IMG/VR virus record: IMGVR_UViG_3300036805_000152
Span: 1-36,760 of that record
Strand: one strand, 5' to 3'
DNA from: a virus
Lineage: Duplodnaviria; Caudoviricetes
Length of the DNA: 36,760 bases
Made by a program: the position numbers and the translations under genes. Below the pieces are notes generated by a model that saw nothing but the letters and a program-made list of their open reading frames with translations, did no database searches and was not told the DNA's origin. Shown one piece after another: positions 33,106-36,760 of this stretch (the stretch's first letter is position 1; the number at the start of each line of letters is the position of its first letter).

Positions 33106-35102
33106 CCACGACACGAGACGAACAATTCTTCCGCACCATGCGCAGGCGCTTCAAGCAAGCCGAAGAAGCCATCCAAACCATCCACGAGGAAGCGCTACAG
33201 GATTGGAAGTTCCGTCTCGGCGACCAATGGGACCCGAAGATCGAGGCGGCCCGCAAAGCGGACGGGCGGCCCTGCAAGACAATCAACCGTCTCCCGCAAT
33301 TCCTACGGCGAGTGAGTGGCGAACAGCGCAAGAACCGGCCCGGTATCGAAGTCTCGCCCGTGGGCGATGGTGCGGACGTAGAGACCGCCGAGATCATACA
33401 GGGCCTGGTACGGCACGTGCAGCGTATCTCGGACGCGGAAGAAGCGTTCGATACCGCTTTCGATCACATGCTGACGGCTGGCTTCGGCTACATCCGTCTC
33501 ATAGCCGATTACATCGATGATTCTTTCGATCAGGAGATCAAGTTCGAACCGGAAAAGAACCCGTTCGCACACTACCCTGATCCTCGCTGCAAGCGGAAGG
33601 ACTACTCGGACGCGCGGTTCTGGTTCGTGCTCGATTACATGGACCATGACGAGTTCCGCGAGGAGTTCTCGGAGTCCGAGCTGGCGCAGCTATCCGACTT
33701 CTCTTCGAAGGCTGACGAAGCCCCGGATTGGATCAAGCGCGATAGCGTCCGTGTGGCTGAGTACTTCTGGGTAGAGTCCGTCAAGGAAACGATCAAAAAG
33801 GGCAAACGCACCCGCACCAAGGAAAAGCGCATCGTCCACTGGTGCCTCACCAACGGGATCGAGATCCTCGAAGAAACGATCATTCCGGGCGAGTTCATCC
33901 CAATTCTTGCCGTGCTCGGCGAAGACATTACAGTTGACGGCCAGCGCTATCTAATCGGCCTCATCCGGTACGCACGCACCCCGCAGGAACTCTATAACCT
34001 ATGGCAGTCGGCGATGGCGGAAGCAATCGCACTCGCACCGAAAGCCCCGTACATGGTCACGACCAAGCAGGTGGAAGGGTTCGAACACCTGTACGAGCAA
34101 TCGAACAGCGTGAACCTGCCGTACCTGCCCTACAACGCAGACGAGAAAGCTCCCGGCCCGCCACAACGTAACAACGTCGAAGCCCCGATCGAGGCGATCA
34201 CGGTAGCCATTCAGCACGCCGATAACGACCTGCATTCGACAACCGGCCTCTACGATGCGTCACTCGGCGCGCCTGGCCCGGAGCAATCCGGCAAGGCAAT
34301 CTTGCTGCGGCAGAAGCAGGGCGACTCGGCCACGTTCGCGTTTCAGGACGCGCTCCCCACGGCGCTGAAGCACGCGGGCCGCATCATCCTCCAGTGGATT
34401 CCGGTTTACTACGACGCCGAGCGCGTCGTCCGCATCGTGAATCCGGACGGCACCAGTAAGACCGTACCAATCAATCAGCCGTACCAAAACGATCAAGGCT
34501 TCATTCGCGTTTTCGACCTGACGGTTGGGCGTTATGACGTGGCGATCGGCACCGGCCCAAGTTACGACTCGATGCGCGAGGAAGCGGCCCAGTCGATCCT
34601 CCAGCTTGTGCAAGCGCAACCGGAACTGATGAACGTAGTGGGCGACTTACTCGTTGCGTGCTTCGACTGGCCGATGGCGAAGGAAATCAGCGAACGGCTA
34701 AAGAAGATGCTTCCGCCGCAACTGCAAGACCAGCAGGAGGCGAACCCCCAGATCCTCGCCACGAAGTTGCAGCATTCGCAGCAGATGATCGAGCAGCTCA
34801 CGGCTGCCGTGCACAAGCTGAGCGCGCAGGCGGAAGGCAAACAGATCGAGGCGGCCTCACGTGAACGTATCGCGCTCATCAACGCGCGGGCGGGCATTGT
34901 GGAAGCCATCCTCAAAACGCAGAGCGCGGAAGCGATGCGGGCGTTCGAGCTGGAAGTCGAGCAGATCGACCGGCAGCTTGCGCTCATTCCGGACCCGGCA
35001 ATAGATCCGGCAACGGGGCAACCGCAGGCGGCCCCGCAACCGCAGCAACCGGCGCAGCAACCGCAGCAGGCGGCGCAGCAACCGATGCCGCTGGCGGCCT
35101 AG
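33102..35102 (+). CDS. Portal protein, P22 gp1-like
   Basis: GDQW, RPCKTINRL, SGKAILLRQKQG, GRYDV...GPSYDSMR; long C-terminal coiled coil. Confidence 0.92.
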   Translation: MTTTRDEQFFRTMRRRFKQAEEAIQTIHEEALQDWKFRLGDQWDPKIEAARKADGRPCKTINRLPQFLRRVSGEQRKNRPGIEVSPVGDGADVETAEIIQGLVRHVQRISDAEEAFDTAFDHMLTAGFGYIRLIADYIDDSFDQEIKFEPEKNPFAHYPDPRCKRKDYSDARFWFVLDYMDHDEFREEFSESELAQLSDFSSKADEAPDWIKRDSVRVAEYFWVESVKETIKKGKRTRTKEKRIVHWCLTNGIEILEETIIPGEFIPILAVLGEDITVDGQRYLIGLIRYARTPQELYNLWQSAMAEAIALAPKAPYMVTTKQVEGFEHLYEQSNSVNLPYLPYNADEKAPGPPQRNNVEAPIEAITVAIQHADNDLHSTTGLYDASLGAPGPEQSGKAILLRQKQGDSATFAFQDALPTALKHAGRIILQWIPVYYDAERVVRIVNPDGTSKTVPINQPYQNDQGFIRVFDLTVGRYDVAIGTGPSYDSMREEAAQSILQLVQAQPELMNVVGDLLVACFDWPMAKEISERLKKMLPPQLQDQQEANPQILATKLQHSQQMIEQLTAAVHKLSAQAEGKQIEAASRERIALINARAGIVEAILKTQSAEAMRAFELEVEQIDRQLALIPDPAIDPATGQPQAAPQPQQPAQQPQQAAQQPMPLAA

Positions 35103-35232
35103 TAACCGCATCGGCGGCGGCTTTGCCGAAGTAGTCCTCAATCATTTTCAGCAACGAACACCCGCGTGCGTGCTTGGTTGCTCCTCCCATGAGGTACGCA
35201 CCACAGCCGAAGCAGTAAGCCGGTAAGTCCAC
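34984..35232 (-). CDS. Antisense Cys/His microprotein between portal and scaffold
   Basis: YCFGCG...H...C; TAAAAT 6 nt upstream of GTG; tail overlaps portal end. Confidence 0.5.
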   Translation of the reverse strand: MDLPAYCFGCGAYLMGGATKHARGCSLLKMIEDYFGKAAADAVTRPPAASVAAPPAAVAAPVAAVAGPPAVAPLPDLLPGPE

Positions 35233-35291
35233 ACACGAATTTTAGCGACCTTCTCCGCTGGCGCTTCGGCGCTTGGGCGGAGCTGTACCCA

Positions 35292-36218
35292 ATGAACGAA
35301 CAAACCAACACGGTTGAGCAATCAACCCCTGAAGTAGCCATCGCGGACATGAGCCTGGCGGAGTATCGCGCAACGCGCACTCCCGCTGAGGCCAAACCCG
35401 AAGCACCGAAGGAAGAAGCCCCCGCTGGCGCAGATGACGCTGCTGGCGAAGACGACGCGCAAGAGGGCGGCGCGGATGACACGGAGCATAGCGGCGAAGC
35501 CGTAACCGAAGACGGGAGACCGGCCCAGAAGAAAAAGGGCGGATTCCAGCGCAAGATCGAGCAGAAAGACCGAGAGATCGAAGATCTGAGGCGGCAACTG
35601 GCGGACAAATCCGCTGCGAACCCCGCTGAAGAACAGCCGAAGCCGGAAGCAGTGAAACTCCCTGAGTTCACGAAGCCGAAGCCGAAGCTCGAAGATTTCG
35701 ATTCAGTCGAAGAGCACACAGACGCTCTGACCGATTGGAAGCTCGAAAAGCGTGACTTCGAGGCAGACGCCCGCAAGGTCCAAGAGAAAGCAAGGTCTGA
35801 AGCCCAGACACTCATCGACGCGTGGAACACGCGGCAAGCGGCGGCGAAAGAAACGCACGCCGACTACGACGATGTGCTGAAGACGGTCGAACAGATCAAA
35901 ATCTCTCCTGCCCATCAGCGGCTGATCCTCGAAAGCGAGCACGGGCCGGAATTGGCTTACCAATTGGCGCAGAAGCCGGACGAACTGAAGAAGTTCGCTG
36001 GTATGCAGTCAACGGCAGCTGCCAAATTCATCGGCAGGCTGGAAGCCTCGCTCGGTACGGCACAAGCAGCAGCTCCAAACGAAGAAACCAAAGTCAGCAA
36101 CGCACCGAAGCCGATGCGCACCCTTAGCGGACGCACCAGCGGCGCGGCAGCGAAACTCGACCCCGCGAAATTGAGCAACGCGGAATACCGCAAGGCTCGA
36201 CAAGCGGGCAAGATCTGA
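35292..36218 (+). CDS. Scaffolding protein
   Basis: Acidic coiled coil between portal and coat; GPELAYQLA, IGRLEA, EYRKAR. Confidence 0.85.
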   Translation: MNEQTNTVEQSTPEVAIADMSLAEYRATRTPAEAKPEAPKEEAPAGADDAAGEDDAQEGGADDTEHSGEAVTEDGRPAQKKKGGFQRKIEQKDREIEDLRRQLADKSAANPAEEQPKPEAVKLPEFTKPKPKLEDFDSVEEHTDALTDWKLEKRDFEADARKVQEKARSEAQTLIDAWNTRQAAAKETHADYDDVLKTVEQIKISPAHQRLILESEHGPELAYQLAQKPDELKKFAGMQSTAAAKFIGRLEASLGTAQAAAPNEETKVSNAPKPMRTLSGRTSGAAAKLDPAKLSNAEYRKARQAGKI

Positions 36219-36267
36219 CGCTCCACCAAACGCGCGGCACTGACCGCGCTTCCCGCAGGAATTTCAA

Positions 36268-36760
36268 GTGAACAACCTTCTAACCGATCAGCACATTACT
36301 GCTGAAGCGCTGATGATCCTCGAAAACGAACTCGTTTTCACCAAACAGGTCAATCGGCAATACGAAAAAGAATTTAAGGGACCGGCCAAGCGCGGCGCGA
36401 CAGTGTTCGCCAAGAAGCCACCCAAGTACACGGTTCGTGACGGCCAAAACGTTGCGATCCAAGACACGACCATCACGCAGGTTCCCGTCACACTGAACCA
36501 CCAGTTCGGTGTGGACGTTGAGTTCACAAGCTCAGACCTCGCACTCGATATCGAGGCATTCGGACGTGACGTTCTGCAACCGCAGATCGTGCAGATTGCC
36601 AACGCGATCGACCTCGCGGGCCTCCAGATGGCGGCCCTCGCTTCGGGCAACGTTGTAGGCGTAGCTGGAACCTCTCCCGGAACCGGCGCGACTGCGCAGG
36701 CAGCGCTTGCCATTTATGGCAATGCAGCGGCTTTGCTCGATTCCAACGCTTGCCCGCGCG
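36268..36760 (+). CDS. P22-type major capsid protein, 5' part (continues at position 1; ~421 aa total)
   Basis: GTG 36268 after AGGA; MNNLLTDQHITAEALMILENELVFTKQVNRQYEKEF... resembles P22 coat family N-terminus; follows scaffold; in frame across junction. Confidence 0.88.
   Translation, partial: MNNLLTDQHITAEALMILENELVFTKQVNRQYEKEFKGPAKRGATVFAKKPPKYTVRDGQNVAIQDTTITQVPVTLNHQFGVDVEFTSSDLALDIEAFGRDVLQPQIVQIANAIDLAGLQMAALASGNVVGVAGTSPGTGATAQAALAIYGNAAALLDSNACPR
36634..36760 (+). repeat. 127-nt terminal direct repeat (copy 2)
   Basis: Identical to 1-127. Confidence 0.95.

Larger units (their letters stand above)
1..36760. mobile_element. Complete circular P22-like (podovirus-type) phage genome
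   Basis: Full terminase-portal-scaffold-coat-gp4-gp10-ejection-tailspike gene order; ends overlap by 127 nt and the coat ORF reads through the junction in frame. Confidence 0.93.

Overview
The window is an apparently complete circular genome (36,633 bp unique; 1-127 = 36634-36760) of a GC-rich, P22-like short-tailed phage. The late region on the + strand runs terS, a split terL (ATPase and nuclease parts in separate ORFs), P22-type portal, scaffold, coat (spanning the contig ends), a signal-peptide SGNH hydrolase, gp4/gp10/gp14/gp7/gp20-like genes, a 2773-aa injected-type protein (N6-adenine MTase plus Strawberry-notch SF2 helicase) and a signal-peptide beta-helix tailspike. The early region holds a replication initiator with internal palindromic iterons, an HNH nuclease, Gp157, KTSC, a short serine recombinase with an HTH partner and a Zn-finger/HTH late regulator candidate. 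An Acidobacteria-like host is only an inference. Most unusual: (1) two virion-slot carbohydrate-active proteins carry Sec-type signal peptides while no endolysin is recognisable; (2) terL is interrupted by ~470 bp holding two small genes and a terminator; (3) an overprinted gene lies inside the linker of the giant MTase-helicase; (4) an antisense operon of paralogous Zn-ribbon microproteins is interleaved in the late operon. All family calls come from motif recognition by eye; no searches were run.
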